From: Somniosus microcephalus | Taxonomy: Eukaryota | Length of the DNA: 64,000 bases | Assembly (NCBI GenBank): GCA_052327205.1 | Contig: CM126204.1 | Coordinates: forward strand, 43,090,001-43,154,000 | Direction: 5' to 3' | Shown here: positions 1-12,805 of the stretch, piece by piece | How positions within the stretch are numbered: the stretch's first letter is position 1 | How the letters are laid out: each line of letters starts with the position of its first letter | Made by a program: the position numbers and the translations under genes | The notes under the pieces: generated by a model | Told to the model about the DNA's origin: nothing | The model's database searches: none | The model's input: only the letters and a program-made list of their open reading frames with translations

Positions 1-462
1 GTCTGTATTCCCATCCTAAGATGATGGAAATGGCACAATAAAAGAATGATTTTGTGGATTTTCACAACCTCTCATCAATGATCTTCTCAGTAGATCCACC
101 TTTTCCCTTCTGACATTGACTTTAGTCAGATAGACTCATGGCAGGTCCTGGGAAATTCAAGGCACTCTTGGCCAGTTGGCTTTTAAGTTCTTAGTTCACA
201 CACTCTGCTGCTGAATCAAAGGCTAATGCGACATAATGAAGCTAGTCATTATTTTGGGAGCAGTTCTACTGCTGCAATACCACCCATATAGAGCTAAAGT
301 GAACACTGATGCACAATATTAAGATAAGAAAAGAAAATTGACACCTTTTTCTGCATGAATCTGGGAAGGTCTACCACAGGTCAAGCTATCACCTTGGCAG
401 CCCAGGGTCCCAGTCGTGCCTGAATGTGATTATTTCTCTGGCATTTCAACAATGTGGTGATT

Positions 463-1080
463 GGGGAAAGTAGGGAAGTCTTACTACAACTGTACAGGGT
501 GTTGGTGAGACCACACCTGGAGTACTGCGTACAATTTTTGTCTCCTTATTTAAGGAGGGATATACTTGCTTTTGAGGCAGTTCAGAGAAGGTTCACGAGG
601 TTAATTCCTGAGATGAAGGGGTTGTCTTATGAAGAAAGGTTGAGCAGGTTGGGCTTATACTCACTGGAGTTTAGAAGAATGAGAGGGGATCTTATTGAAA
701 TATATAAGATGCTGAGGGGGCTTGACAGGGTAGATGCAGAGAGGATGTTTCCCCTCGTGGGGAAATCTAGAACTAGGGGGCATAATTTCAGAATAAGGGG
801 ACACCCATTTAAATTGGAAATGAGGAGGAATTTTTTCTTCTCAGAGGGTCGTGAATCTTTGGCATTCTCTTCCCCAGAGAGCTGTGGAGGCGGAGTCATT
901 GAATATATTTAAGGTGGAGATAGACAGATTTTTGAATGGTAAGGGAGTCGAGGGTTATGGGGAGCGGGCAGGGAAGTGGAGTTGAGGCCAAGATCAGATC
1001 AGCCATAATCTTATTGAATGGCGGGGCAGGCTCGAGGGGCCAGATGACCTACTCCTGCTCCTACGTCTTATGTTCTTATG
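463..1080 (+). mobile_element. CR1 LINE, 5'-truncated (ORF2 C-terminus plus 3' UTR)
   Basis: ORF 454-912 has the CR1 motifs LVRPHLEYCVQF and LYSLEFRRMRGDLIE; ends in the stem-loop tail and (TTCTTATG)n. Confidence 0.92.
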
Positions 1081-1412
1081 CACTCTCCACCTACCCACTG
1101 AAATCAATGTGCTGGCGAAAAGTTGGGCTAATTGCATTAATTACGCTGGAAATTTTTACAGCTAGTGCAAACAGGCACAGAAGCCTGTTTGCACAGCGTA
1201 AGGGAGGGGGGGGTGGGTGGATGAGAAAATCGTATCGGTATTAATTATCTTGAAACTAAATTAACAATGCCTGCTCAGTTTACCTCGCCTCTTTTGTCAA
1301 AACCCACTAGAATAAGCATTAAGACGCAATGCTGACCTTACCCTCGGCAAGTTCGCTTATCATTCCTTTCATCTTTTAAAGGACATTTTTTCCATTATAC
1401 TAATGTACGTTA

Positions 1413-1706
1413 GTTTCAGAATAAGGGGTCGCCCATTGAAAACGGAGATGAGGAGGAATTTCTTCTCTCAGAGGGTCGTGAATCTTTGGAATTCTCTACC
1501 CTGAGAGCTGTGGAGGCGGAGTCATTGAATATATTCAAGGTGGAGATAGACAGATTTTTGAACGATAAGGGAGTCGAGGGTTATGGGGAGCGGGCAGGAA
1601 AGTGGAGTAGAGTCCAAGACCAGATCAGCCATGATCTTATTGAATGGCGGAGCAGGCTCGAGGGGCCGAATGGCCCACTCCTGCTCCTATTCCTTATGTT
1701 CTTATG
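1413..1706 (+). mobile_element. CR1 LINE 3' fragment
   Basis: Close copy of 786-1080, ending CCTTATGTTCTTATG. Confidence 0.9.
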
Positions 1707-3565
1707 AAAGAGACTACTTTTGACAATACCAAAAAGCAGAGGAAGGTACAAATCTCTGGAGAGTGAGCAGGGCAGTGAGATTAGTTTCGGATTACTCTAA
1801 CAAAGAGCCCTGACAGAGAGGACGGCCTGCTTCTGTTCTGTGAGTTTCCACGGGGTGAAATTCACCTTCGGCGGGGGGGGGGGGGGGGGGCGCAGAAAAC
1901 AGGCTCTTAACTTCAGTGCAAACAAAAATTGGGTGGGACGTATCTCACTGGTGGCCCATCTGCCACCGTCTGTTTTCTCACCCTGCCGGAGTAGAATTAA
2001 CCATCCCCCATGGCTTTATATTTCTGATAACACAGTGTTTATCTCTGCACCAATAGATATTGGTTTGGCTTTTTAAGGGTTCCGTCAAGAGGAAAATCTC
2101 CAAAGTTGTAAAAGTTGATTTGGGCTCATCTACGTGAATAGGCAATCTCAAAATTATTGTATGATCAGGAATCAGTGAATCAAAAGAAACTTCATTTGTG
2201 CAATAAACTTAGTTTATATTTTTCAATATTTCTCGTTATTTAGAAAAAGTTCACTGCCAATTATACAAGGAATGACTCATCAAACAGTGGAAAGATATGA
2301 GAACTAAATAGGAATACAGCGCTGGCATGGTGGAGGAGCATTAATAAGGATATGAATAGGTTCTGAGAACGGTCATAATTAAGGAAGATTGCTTAAACTG
2401 TTTCGACTTTTTTTGTGCCCCACTGAGCATCATTCTGCGTCATTTGCATTTTCTGAATCCATCTGGATAGAATTAATGAATGAACACAGATAGACAGATC
2501 TCGTGGAGCAAATGGTTTGTGAAAAGTAAATTGTTTTCTTGTGTTTTCTTTAGGTTTTTAATCCCACATTAAGCAAATGGTGTCTGCTCAGAACTTCTTG
2601 CAAATGTGCTTAACAGCAGTTCGACAGTTGGTTAGGTGGTTTTCGGTAACGTTTTGCTATTTTGAATGGGCTTGTGTAGTTTTGTAATTCCTGGTTAATA
2701 ACATGCTGTCCTGGTATTGATAAATGTTAGTTACAAACACATCCTTCATTGAAAATGTATTCAGGTTTAGTGTGATGGAGAGCATGGACCCTAAAGGAAA
2801 CTTCTTGAATTATTTCCAGTCTTTCCAATTATGTAGCAGCTGACAAGATTACACTATTAGCATGAAAATGCCCCTTATAATTTATTTGTCCTTTGTACAA
2901 TTAGTATTATTCTGTAGTTACATTATATGATCTATGCTTTATCCATTTTCTTTACCTTTCGTATGTACATTGCCCTCCTCAGTCCTCACAGATGATAAGT
3001 GATTATTACTTGCAGTGTCTCACCATTAATATCTTCTGTCCAACATGGGATGTAGTTTTTGTAGAGCAGTTCCATTTATATTACATAAGGGAAGTTAATG
3101 AGTCAACTTGGGCTGACAGCACAAGGGTGCATGTTAGAGAGACTTGATCTGTCCTTTGAAAAATAACAAGAGAAATAGTTAAGGAGACTTTTAAAGATGC
3201 CTTTATTGATTTCTGCATTGAGTTGAAAAGATTTTTTTTTAAAGGAATCTAATTAAACCCAGACCATGGTAAACACTGTATGTCGGTGTTGGGGCATGGA
3301 TTTACAAAGATTAACAGAGGGTTGAAATTGTGTTTGCAACATGAGTAATAAATGCATTCGTATAAAATGTCTTTGTTTATTTTTTTTAACAAAAGTATTA
3401 ATGCTTAATAGTCATTAAAATAGATAACTGAAACATTTCCTGCAATGTGTTCATATGTTTATTGCTAATATCACACAGTGTGATTCTGCTTCCAAAGACT
3501 CGATATCTCAAACATGCAGTCTGCAAGTCTGGATATCAGTATTGGAGTGGGGCAGGGGAGGGGGG

Positions 3566-3733
3566 GTGGGTAATTGTAATTTAACCGCCTGGCAGGAGAC
3601 TGACGGGATCGGTTCAAAAACCCATTTTACACGCCAACCGATTTTACTTTCCATAATACGAAATCGGGCGGAGTGTAAAACTCCGCCAGATCTAACCCTG
3701 TCAGCGTCCCTGAGGTTCGGTTAAAATGACTCC
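3566..3733. mobile_element. Short TIR element (MITE), degenerate
   Basis: Imperfect inverted ends (..aatttaaccg / cggttaaaatgactccc); internally similar to 12806-13007. Confidence 0.5.
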
Positions 3734-4620
3734 CATGCAGTTAGTACACTCAGACTATATGCTAAAGCTCCACTCACGGGTCAGTGGCTAATGTATTTCT
3801 GTAGCCGGAGCTGGGGGGCGGTGGGGGGGGGGTCTTTTTTTTGAGCTGCTGCCAGAGTGCGAATGGCCTGAAATTCCATAGACAAATGTCCCACTGAGGA
3901 AAGTTGACAGGTAGCAGCTTGTTGCTATGGTTTCATAGTAATGGCCCAACTGCATGCGACAGAAATGTGTTTTAACATTGGAGACCTCAGTTATGAAAGC
4001 ATAAGCACAGTTACCCACATACTATTTATATAATAGAGGGACAGAAAAACTCAGCACTTTTGCAGCTAATAATCTTTTTCATCTCCATTGCTTAATGCCT
4101 ATTTTTATTGCATGAACACCCAAATCCACGAATATAGAGCAGTTACTTACACAATATTGCTGAGGAAGATTGGGGGAAGGGGATATGATGGTGTCATTTG
4201 TTCGTGCCTTTGTGATCTTTATATTTGGATATTCACTGAAACAGAGTCTAGAGTGAAAGGAAAATTCATTCATAGCATCTATTAAAGATACCTACAGGAA
4301 CTTTAAATTCATCTTAGTCAATGAGCGTGAAAGGATTTCACCAAAACAATGCACTGGCAAATCAGTCAGTATCTAAAAAGCATCCGCTGACGACTACGCT
4401 GGTCAATCAGTCATTATCCACAAAGGTCTGATGAGTACAACTCGCTGATTAAACATTCAGACAGGGCCAGCTAGGGTCCAATGCGTTAGAGCGTTCATCA
4501 ATCAATTAGTTAGTATTTACGATGGTCCAAAGGTTACTTATAATGCACTCATTAACCGGTTAGTATCTACAAAAGTCCGACCATTGATTATCTGCACCCT
4601 TCATTATCTGCCAGTATTTT

Positions 4621-5520
4621 CATGGGAATCATGGCTTCAGCTCATTTACCAGTGGGAGTTGGGATATTTGGTGGTCGAACAGTGGAATCATAGCTTCGGG
4701 TAATTGATCAGCAAAAGTTGGGACTTGGGTTGTTGACGAGCAGGGGTCATGGCTTTGGGTCATTGACTACTTGGAGTCAGGGCATCAGGTTGTTGATCTG
4801 CGGGAGTCACGGCTTGGTGTCATTGACCAGTGGGAGTTAGGAGCAGGTCAGTGCCAAATGGAAGATGAGACTTTGGGTCATTTACCAGCATTAGTCATAG
4901 CTTTGACTTGTTGATCAATGAGAGTTGGCACCTTGGCTAGTTGGCTGGCAGATATTGGAGCTTTGGGTCCTTAACCAGCAGGAGTCAAGATCTCAGGTTG
5001 ACCCATCGGAGGCAGGACATTGGATCATTGAATTGCAAGAGTAATGGTTTCATTAACCAGTGGATGTCTGGACTTTGGGCCATTGAATAGCAGGAGTCAC
5101 AGTTTTGGGGCATTAATCAGTAGAAGTCCAAACATTTGAGGCATTGACCAGAAGGAGTCAGAACTTCAGGCCATTTTCTGATGGATGTCAGGACTTCAGG
5201 TCATCGACTTGCGGGAACCAGGACTTTGGGTCATTGACTGGTGAGAATCAAGGCTTTGAGGAATTGCCCAGCAGGAGGCATGACTTTCAGTGATGGCCCA
5301 GTAGAAGTTGGGACTTCAGATCATTGACCAGTGGGAATCAGGACTTCTAGGCATTGACCAGTGAGAGCTGGGACTTTTGGCCATTGACTAGCAGGATTCA
5401 TGACTTTCAGTGATGGCCCAGCAGGAGTTGGGACTTTGGATCATTGACCAATGGGGCTTTGGACTTTATGTAATTAGCCAGTGAGAGTTGAAACTTCATG
5501 GCATTGACCACTCAGAGTTG
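4621..5520. repeat. Degenerate 30-bp minisatellite, about 30 units
   Basis: Consensus approx GGACTTTGGGTCATTGACCAGTGGGAGTCA; exact 30-bp phasing over 5161-5520. Confidence 0.88.
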
Positions 5521-5767
5521 AGGTTGCCAGAATTCATTAAAAGGAACAAGCTTTCAGTTTAAAATGACACCGAGAAGTTCATAAGGACCATTTCAAATAT
5601 TTGTAAACTGGAGAGTTAAGGACTCTCAACTACCTACGAATTTCCATTATCGATCGGTGGTGATGGGAGTTGCCTCCATTACAGCAGATAGTTGCGGTTT
5701 TACAATGCACATTAGAGATGATAGCACAAATTCATGATTTGTGACATTATGAATAATAGAGCCCTAT

Positions 5768-5927
5768 AGATCAGAGAGGCCCCAAGTTCAATCGCTGGCC
5801 TGTGCTGAGTTAACTGATCTCGGGTGCAGTTGCATTACAGGCAACTGACCTCCGTGCCTCCAGGGTAGGAATGGAAGATTGGTCCTCACTTCTGACCACT
5901 AACCAGAGACGCCTGCTGGAAGTGTGT
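5768..5927 (+). mobile_element. Ancient tRNA-derived SINE (AmnSINE2-like), 5' part, split by a MITE
   Basis: B-box-like GTTCAATC followed by TGTGCTGAGTTAACTGATCTC; resumes at about 6779 (GTGAGGATAGGATC); similar to 24050-24319 and 34850-35215. Family name from memory. Confidence 0.55.
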
Positions 5928-6760
5928 GGGCTGGATTTTTGCCAGCCCTGGGGAGGCGGGTTTGGAGGCGGGACTGCCGGGAAAAGGGCAGAATTTGAGG
6001 GCGGGTGCCCAACCCGCCTCCATGCCATCTTGCCAGGAGGCGGGTAGCCGACCCACGCCGGGTCCCGCCTCCTCGAGGCGGGAAGGAGATTAATGCCAAT
6101 TAACTGCCTGTTAACAGGTAGTTAATGGGCAGTTTTTTGGCTAATCCCTATTTTGAGCCCTGAAGTGTGGGCTTCCCGACAGCTCTGAAACTCGCCAGGG
6201 TCAGCGAGGCGGGCCGTCGGTCTGCGGGGGTCGGAGGGGCCGAGATGTCCGGTGTGCAGGTGAGTAATGGGTGCATGTGTGCAGAGGTAAGTGTGTGAGG
6301 TGTGTGTAAAGTGTTTTAATTTTTACTTACCTTTTACTTTCCCCTGCAGGCTTCCTCCCTTCAGGTCTCGGGAGTCTCTCAGCTCACCGACACAGAAAGC
6401 AGAATATCCGCTGAACTGTCAAAAGCTGCAGTCTTCTGCTTTCTGGTCAGGAAGGCTTTCTAATTGAGTCTTGAGTAAAGACACAACTTAGAAGACAGAT
6501 TGTCAGTGTTTGACAGCTTCACCGAGCTGTCAAACGATGACATTTCATCTGTCAAAAACTCTTGACAGATGAAACGTCACTTGCTGACGTCACCTGTAAC
6601 TGGCTTTCCCTTAATTGGCCTGCTAAGCCCACTGGGCAGGCTTAACAAGGTCAATCAAGGAAAAATAGCGTGGGTTGGCCAGAAGTTGATGGCGGCGGGA
6701 CTGAAACCCAACAAGTGGGAGTCCCGCCTCCAAAAGCTCCCCATTGACAAAATCCAGCCC
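5928..6760. mobile_element. Non-autonomous TIR DNA transposon (PIF/Harbinger-like MITE, family A)
   Basis: Ends GGGCTGGATTTT...AAAATCCAGCCC with about 45-bp imperfect TIRs; second copy in opposite orientation at 49729-50535. Confidence 0.8.
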
Positions 6761-7434
6761 TTTGTCTCCAAACCTCAAGTGAGGATAGGATCAGTCTTGG
6801 AGGGGGAAGAGCCTGCTGCTCATACATTTGGGAGGGATACCGGAAGACGAGGCAAGGGAAGAAAATTATTAGGAAAAGGAATGGGAAATCAAATCTCCAA
6901 TTCAGGAACAAGTGTTCAGTTACATTGCTGAATTTCAGAGCAAATGACATGTCCAAGACACATAGGAACTAATTGCTACAAACCAAAGTGAGTTAACCGG
7001 CATCGATTAGTCACATACAAGACTTTGACCGTTACAATGCTCTGATCGATAAATTTATCTATTATATTCAATCTTTTCTTTCTTCCTCGGATATGATTTT
7101 TAGACTGTCCTGGTTTTCTTTGCGTGCCGTTAGTCCATTGGATTTTCACATTTTCTCTGATGACGAGACTTGCTGTAATACTAATGCAGTGGGGGGGGCG
7201 GTAAAGTTTCTCCTGTCAGTGAATTTAGGGGAAGTTGGAACCACCATAAAACATGAAACTCTGCTTTGTCCTCGTACTGGGGGTGAATTTCCATGGGGCT
7301 TCCCCACCCGCCTGCCATAACTTCAGTGGAAAATCTGCCTAAACTCCAGAAGAATAGCGTAAATGGCACTGGTGTCAGTCTGTGGCCCAGAGTTTGGGTC
7401 CATAACCTGCTCACAGATGACAACTAATGCTCTT

Positions 7435-7542
7435 CTATGGAGAAAAGGTGGGTAAATGGAGTTGAGGTATAGATCCGCCATGATTTAATAAAATGGTGGA
7501 ACAGGCTAGAGGGGATGAATGGCCTACTCCTGTTTCTATATT
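7435..7542 (+). mobile_element. CR1 3' tail fragment
   Basis: GATCCGCCATGAT...GAATGGCCTACTCCTGTT matches the CR1 3' ends elsewhere in the window. Confidence 0.7.
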
Positions 7543-7547
7543 CCACT

Positions 7548-7692
7548 CACACCATGAGAAGTCCCTGCTCTCTTTCAAAAAGTGCAATGAGATCTTTATA
7601 TCTACCTGAGAAAGTAGATAGCTCATCCAAAAAACACCATTTCTGGCAACGCAGCACTCCCTCAGTACTGCCCTGAAGTGTCGGTCCAGATT
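7548..7692 (-). mobile_element. DeuSINE (SacSINE1-like) fragment
   Basis: Reverse strand reads CAGTACTGAGGGAGTGCTGC, the Deu-domain-adjacent motif. Confidence 0.6.
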
Positions 7693-7715
7693 AATCCTGC
7701 AACATCCAGTCGTGA

Positions 7716-9481
7716 ATGGTGGTGGACCATTAAACAACTAACGGGAGGAAGAGGCTCCATGAATATCCCCATCCTCAATGATGGTGGAGCCCAGCACGAG
7801 TGCAAAAGACAAGGCTGAAGCATTTGCAACCATCTTCAGCCAGAAGTGCCGAGTGGATGATCCATATCAGCCTCCTCCTGATATCCCCACCATCACAGAA
7901 GCCAGTCTTCGGCCAATTTGATTCACTCCACGTGATCAAGAAATGGCAGAGCGCATTGGATACATCAAAGTCTATGGGCCCCGATAATATCCCGGCGGTC
8001 ATGCTGAAGACTTGTGCTCCAGAACTAGCCGTGCATCTAACCAAACTGTTACAGTACAGCTACAACACTGGCATCTATCCGACAATGTGGAAAACTGCCC
8101 AGGTATGTCCTGTCCACAAAAAGCAGGACAAATTCAATCCGTCCATTTACCGCCCCATCAGTCTATTTTCAATCATCAGCAAAGTGATGGAAGGTGTCGT
8201 CGACAGTGCTATCAAGCGACACTTACTCACCAATAACCTGCTCACCAATGTTTGTGTTCTGCCAGGACCACTCGGCTCCAGACCTCATTGCAGCCTTGGT
8301 CCAAACATGAACAAAAGAGCTGAATTCCAGAGGTGTGAGTGTGACTGCCCTAGACATCAAGGCAGCATTTGACCAAGTGTGGCATCATGGAGCCCTCGTA
8401 AAACTGAAGTCAATGAGAATCGGGGGGAAAACTCTCCAGTGGCTGGAGTCATACCTAACGCAAAGGAAGATGGTTGTGGTGGTTGGAGATCAATCATCTC
8501 AGCACCAGGACATCATTGCAGGAGTTCCTGAAGGTAGTGTCCTAGGCCCAACAATCTTCAGCTGCTTCATTAATGACCTTCCCTTCTACATAAGGTCAGA
8601 AGTGGGGATGTTCGCTGATGACTGCACAGTGTTCAGTGTCATTCGCAACTCCTCAGATAATGAAGCAGTCCATACACGCATGCAGCAAGACCTGGACGAC
8701 ATTCAGGCTTGGGCTGATAAGTGGCAGGTAACATTCGCGCCACACAAGTGTCAGGCAATGACTATCTCCAACAAGCGAGAGTCTAACCACCATCCCTTGA
8801 CATTCAACGACATTACCATTGCCGAATCCCCCATCATCAACATCCTTGGGGTCACCATTGACCAGACACTTAACTGGACCAGCCGCATAAATAAGAGCAG
8901 GTCAGAGGCTGGGTATTCTGCGGTGAGTGTCTCACCTCCTGACTCCACAAAGCCTTTCCACCATCTACAAGGCACAAGTAAGGAGTGTGATGGAACACTC
9001 TCCACTTGCCTGGATGAGTGCAGCTCCAACAACACTCAAGAAGCTCGACACCATCCAGGACAAAGCAGCCCACGTGATTGGCACCCATCCACCACCTTAA
9101 ACATTCACTCCCTCCACCACCGGCGTACTGTGGCTGCAGTGTGTACCATCTACAAGATGTACTGCAGCAACTTGCCACAGTTTCTTCGGCAGCACCTTCC
9201 AAACTCGCGACCGAAAAGGACAAGGGCAGCAGGCGCATCGGATCACCATCACCTGCAAGTTCCCCTCCAACTCACACACCGTTCCGACTTGGAAGTATAT
9301 CGCCGATCCCTCATTGTCGCTGGGTCAAAATTCTGGGACTCCATCCCAAACAGCACTGTGGGAGTACCTTCACCACACGGACTGCAGGGTTCAAGAAGGC
9401 GACTCACCACCACCTTCTCAAGGGCACTTAGGGATGGGCAATGCCAACGATGCCAACATCCCAGGAACGAATAATAAAAAA
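7716..9481 (+). mobile_element. CR1-group (Zenon-like) LINE, 5'-truncated, frameshifted RT
   Basis: YRPISLFSIISKVMEG, ALDIKAAFDQVWH, GVPEGSVLGP, FADD, SLHHRRTVAA; A-rich tail at about 9470-9483. Confidence 0.85.
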
Positions 9482-9996
9482 GAATGATGTGCTCAAGTCC
9501 TAGAGTAGGACTTGAACCCATAACATTTTTAATCAGGATAAAGTGATACCAAGTGAGCCAAGAATACAAATAACATTGAACAGTTACCAACTTTAATGAG
9601 TATGAGGCTAAGAACACCGTCTTAACATATGTGTCTGCCCCTTGTGAGATGAAGTGATTTCATGAACTTCTTTTCAACCAGTGATCCTGACTCTGTGTAG
9701 ACAGGCATAGCTTGATTTTCAGCACATTTGCTGAATGCACAGCCCCACCACCATGTGGCAGTTACAAACTACTGCACATTACAGGCTAATGTTTTCATTC
9801 CTTCTTAATGTATACCAGAGAGGGAATCTGTCTCTGTGTATTGTTTAAGCATAAGAGCTGTTATTAGCACATTCACAGGTCACAAATCCAAAATGCCATC
9901 AAAGTGGTAATAACATTAGGGTTAGTGGAAAGTGGTTTTCACTCCACAGCAATGTTAAAGTAATGGTGTAAATCATAGGGCTCGATCTGACTTTAA

Positions 9997-10337
9997 TAAG
10001 AACATAAGAAATAGGAGGAGGAGTGGGCCATACGGCCCCTCGAGCCTGCTCCGCCATTCAATAAGATCATGGCTGATCTTCGACCTCAAATCCACTTTCC
10101 CGCCCTATCCTCATATCCCTTGGTTCCCTTAGTGTCCAAAAAGCTGTTGATCTCAGCCTTGAATATACTCAATGAGCATCGACAGCCCTCTGGGGTAAAG
10201 AATTCCAAAGATTCACAACCCTCTGAGTGAAGAAATATCTCAGTCCTAAATGGCCGACCTCTTATCCTGAGAATATGACCCTTCGTTCTAGACTCTCCAG
10301 CCAGGGGTAACAGCCTCTCAGCATCAATCCTGTCAAC
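9997..10337 (-). mobile_element. CR1 LINE 3' fragment
   Basis: (ATAAGAAC)n tail and reverse complement of the CR1 3' end. Confidence 0.88.
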
Positions 10338-11377
10338 ACATCGAAGAATGAAAATGGTGTGGGACTGCTTGAAGAGGTCATCTCACCACATTGGATTAAC
10401 AATGCATGCAGCATAACGCTAGTGCGGTAACAAATGGGAGGCAAAAACTGTGCAGCGGTTCTGCGATGAATTGAAATGTGCGGCAATGCAGATGCTCTTC
10501 TCTATCTAAACATTTAAATTATAACCAGAGAGAGAGGAGCTCTGTGCATGTTTATAATGTGCATATGAAGCTCTCGCTGGACTAAAGATTTAGAATTCTG
10601 GCCAGGGACACTGTCTGGCTACAGCCAACACTGCAGCTACTGCAGTGATTGCGCTTCCTCCCACCCTGCTTCCTGCAAGGACTCTAGTCCATTCTCCCAG
10701 TTTCTCTATCTCTGTTGCATCTGTTCTGATGATGCCACCTTCCACACCAGTGCTTCTGATTTGTCTTCCTTTTTCCTCAACCGTGGTTGACAGAGCCCTC
10801 GACCGGTGTCCGTTCCATTTCCCGCACTTCTGCTCTCACCCCATCCCCTCCCTCCCAGAACCTCGATAGAGTGGAAGGTGAGGACAAGGGGAACCCTATC
10901 AGCCTCCACATTCAACGGATTATCCTCCGCCATTTCCGCCACCACAAAAAACATCCCCTCCCCTCCCCTTTCAGCATTCCGAAGGGACCGCTCCCTCCAC
11001 GACACCCTGACCCACTCCTCCATCACCTCCAGCACCTGTTCCCCTTCCCACGGCACCTTCCCATGCAAGTGCAGGAGATGCAACATTTGCCCTTTCACCT
11101 CCTCCCTTCCCACCGTCCAGGGCCCCAAATACTCCTTCCAGGTGAAGCAGTGATTTATTTATACTTCTTTCAATTTAGTATATTGTATTCACTGCATACA
11201 ATGTGGTCTCCTCTACACTGGGAGACCAAACACAGATTGGGTGATTGCTTTGCTGAACACCTCCGTTCAGTCCGCAAACGTGACCCTGAACTTCCAGTCG
11301 CTTGCCATTGTAATTCTGCGCCCCACTTCCACTCTGACCTCTCTGCTCTCGGCCTCCGACACTGTTCCACTGAAGCT

Positions 11378-12221
11378 AGTACAAAGAAGGTTCACTCGGT
11401 TAATCCCAGGAATGAGGGGGTGGTCATATGAGGAGAGGTTGAGTAGATTGGGACTCTACTCATTGGAGTTCAGAAGAATGAGAGGCGATCTTATTGAAAC
11501 ATATAAGATTGTGAAGGGGCTTGATCGGGTGGATGCGGTGAGGATGTTCCCAATGATGGGTGAAACTAGAACTAGGGGGCATAATCTTAAAATAAGGGGC
11601 TGCTCTTTCAAAACTGAGATGAGGAGAAAGTTCTTCACTCAGAGGGTGGTAGGTTTGTGGAATTTGCTGCCCCAGAAAGCTGTGGAAGCTACATCATTAA
11701 ATAAATTTAAAACAGAAATAGATAGTTTCCTAGAAGTAAAGGGAATTAAGGGTTACGGGGAGCGGGCAGGAAATTGGACATGAGTCTAGGTTCGGAATGG
11801 TCATGGCCCTGTGGGTAGTGGAGCGGGCCCAGGGGCCGTGTAGCCTGGTTCTGTTCCTACTACTTGTGTTCTAATTCTGTGTTAGATTTCAGGAGACGGT
11901 TTTATTCCTGTTCCTGGCTGGGGTGGAGATCGCCTTTACAGAAGGTAAGTACTGTAGAAAATATAGGGACAGTGTGATCTCCTGGAAGAGTTTCGATCGC
12001 CTAGATGGGTCGGAGAGGAATTTCCCAGATTTTTTCTCCCAAATTGGCCATTGGGTTTTTTATCTGGTTTTTCGCCTCTCCTGGGAGATCACATGGGTTC
12101 GGGTGGGATGGAGAGTGATAGAAGATTTGAGGTTAGGATCAGATCAGCCATGATCTTATTGAATGGTGGAGCAGGCTCGAGGGGCCGATTGGCCTACTCC
12201 TGCTCCTATTATGTTCTTGTG
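11378..12221 (+). mobile_element. CR1 LINE 3' part with extended composite 3' UTR
   Basis: ORF2 C-terminus ends at 11783, then about 340 bp of extra UTR before the standard CR1 tail. Confidence 0.9.
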
Positions 12222-12567
12222 TAAGCTCTGCGGAAGTTCTATCTTTTGATTAGGCACTTTACAGCATTCTGGACTCGACACCGAGTTCAACAGTTTCTGA
12301 TCATAACCGCTGCTCCCATTGTTTCGGACAGCAGGTGCGGGGAATGGTTCTGCTCTTGCCTTTTCCAGCTCATCTTTTGTTTCTTTACTTGTCCCATTAT
12401 CACTCCCTTTTGCCTTGCACCATTATCTCTTTTCTGATTTCATCACTCCTGCCTTCCACCCTATCACAGACGTTCAAGTTTGTTCTTTCCTCCCCTCCAC
12501 CCGCCCCCCCCCCCCCTTTACCTGCCTCTGTACTTGTTTAAAACCTGTTACATCTCTAACATTTTCC

Positions 12568-12604
12568 AGTTCTGACGAAAGGTCATCGACCTGAAACGTT
12601 AACT
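12568..12604 (+). ncRNA. Minimal hammerhead ribozyme motif in Penelope pseudo-LTR
   Basis: AGTT-CTGACGA-A-AGGTC-atc-GACCT-GAAAC-GTT-AACT: conserved core with stems I and II and a palindromic stem III. Confidence 0.8.
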
Positions 12605-12805
12605 CGGTTCCTCTCTCCACAGATGCTGCCTGGCCTGCTGAGTATTCCCAGCATTTTCTGCTTTTACTGCAGCTGCTGGGATGAGGCAGTGTGAAGTGCA
12701 GCATAAGGCAGTGATCTGGGTTCAGATGGTGAACATAAACTGTTTGAGTTTCGAACCGTAGAATCTCAGAAGTTTAAAGCACAGAAGGAAGGCTTTTGGC
12801 CCGCT

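Larger units (their letters stand above)
10652..12666 (+). mobile_element. Penelope-like element, 5'-truncated and decayed, interrupted by CR1
   Basis: Homologous to 29700-30834 (CKCRRCNIC linker, GIY-YIG remnant, pseudo-LTR). Confidence 0.88.

Noticed and set aside
2554-2630. Candidate host exon after TTTTCTTTAG
   Set aside because: All three frames from the acceptor hit stops, the donor is weak and no protein similarity is recognisable.
4621-5520. CRISPR array or 10-aa repeat protein
   Set aside because: Units abut without unique spacers, the context is eukaryotic, and no long ORF covers the array.
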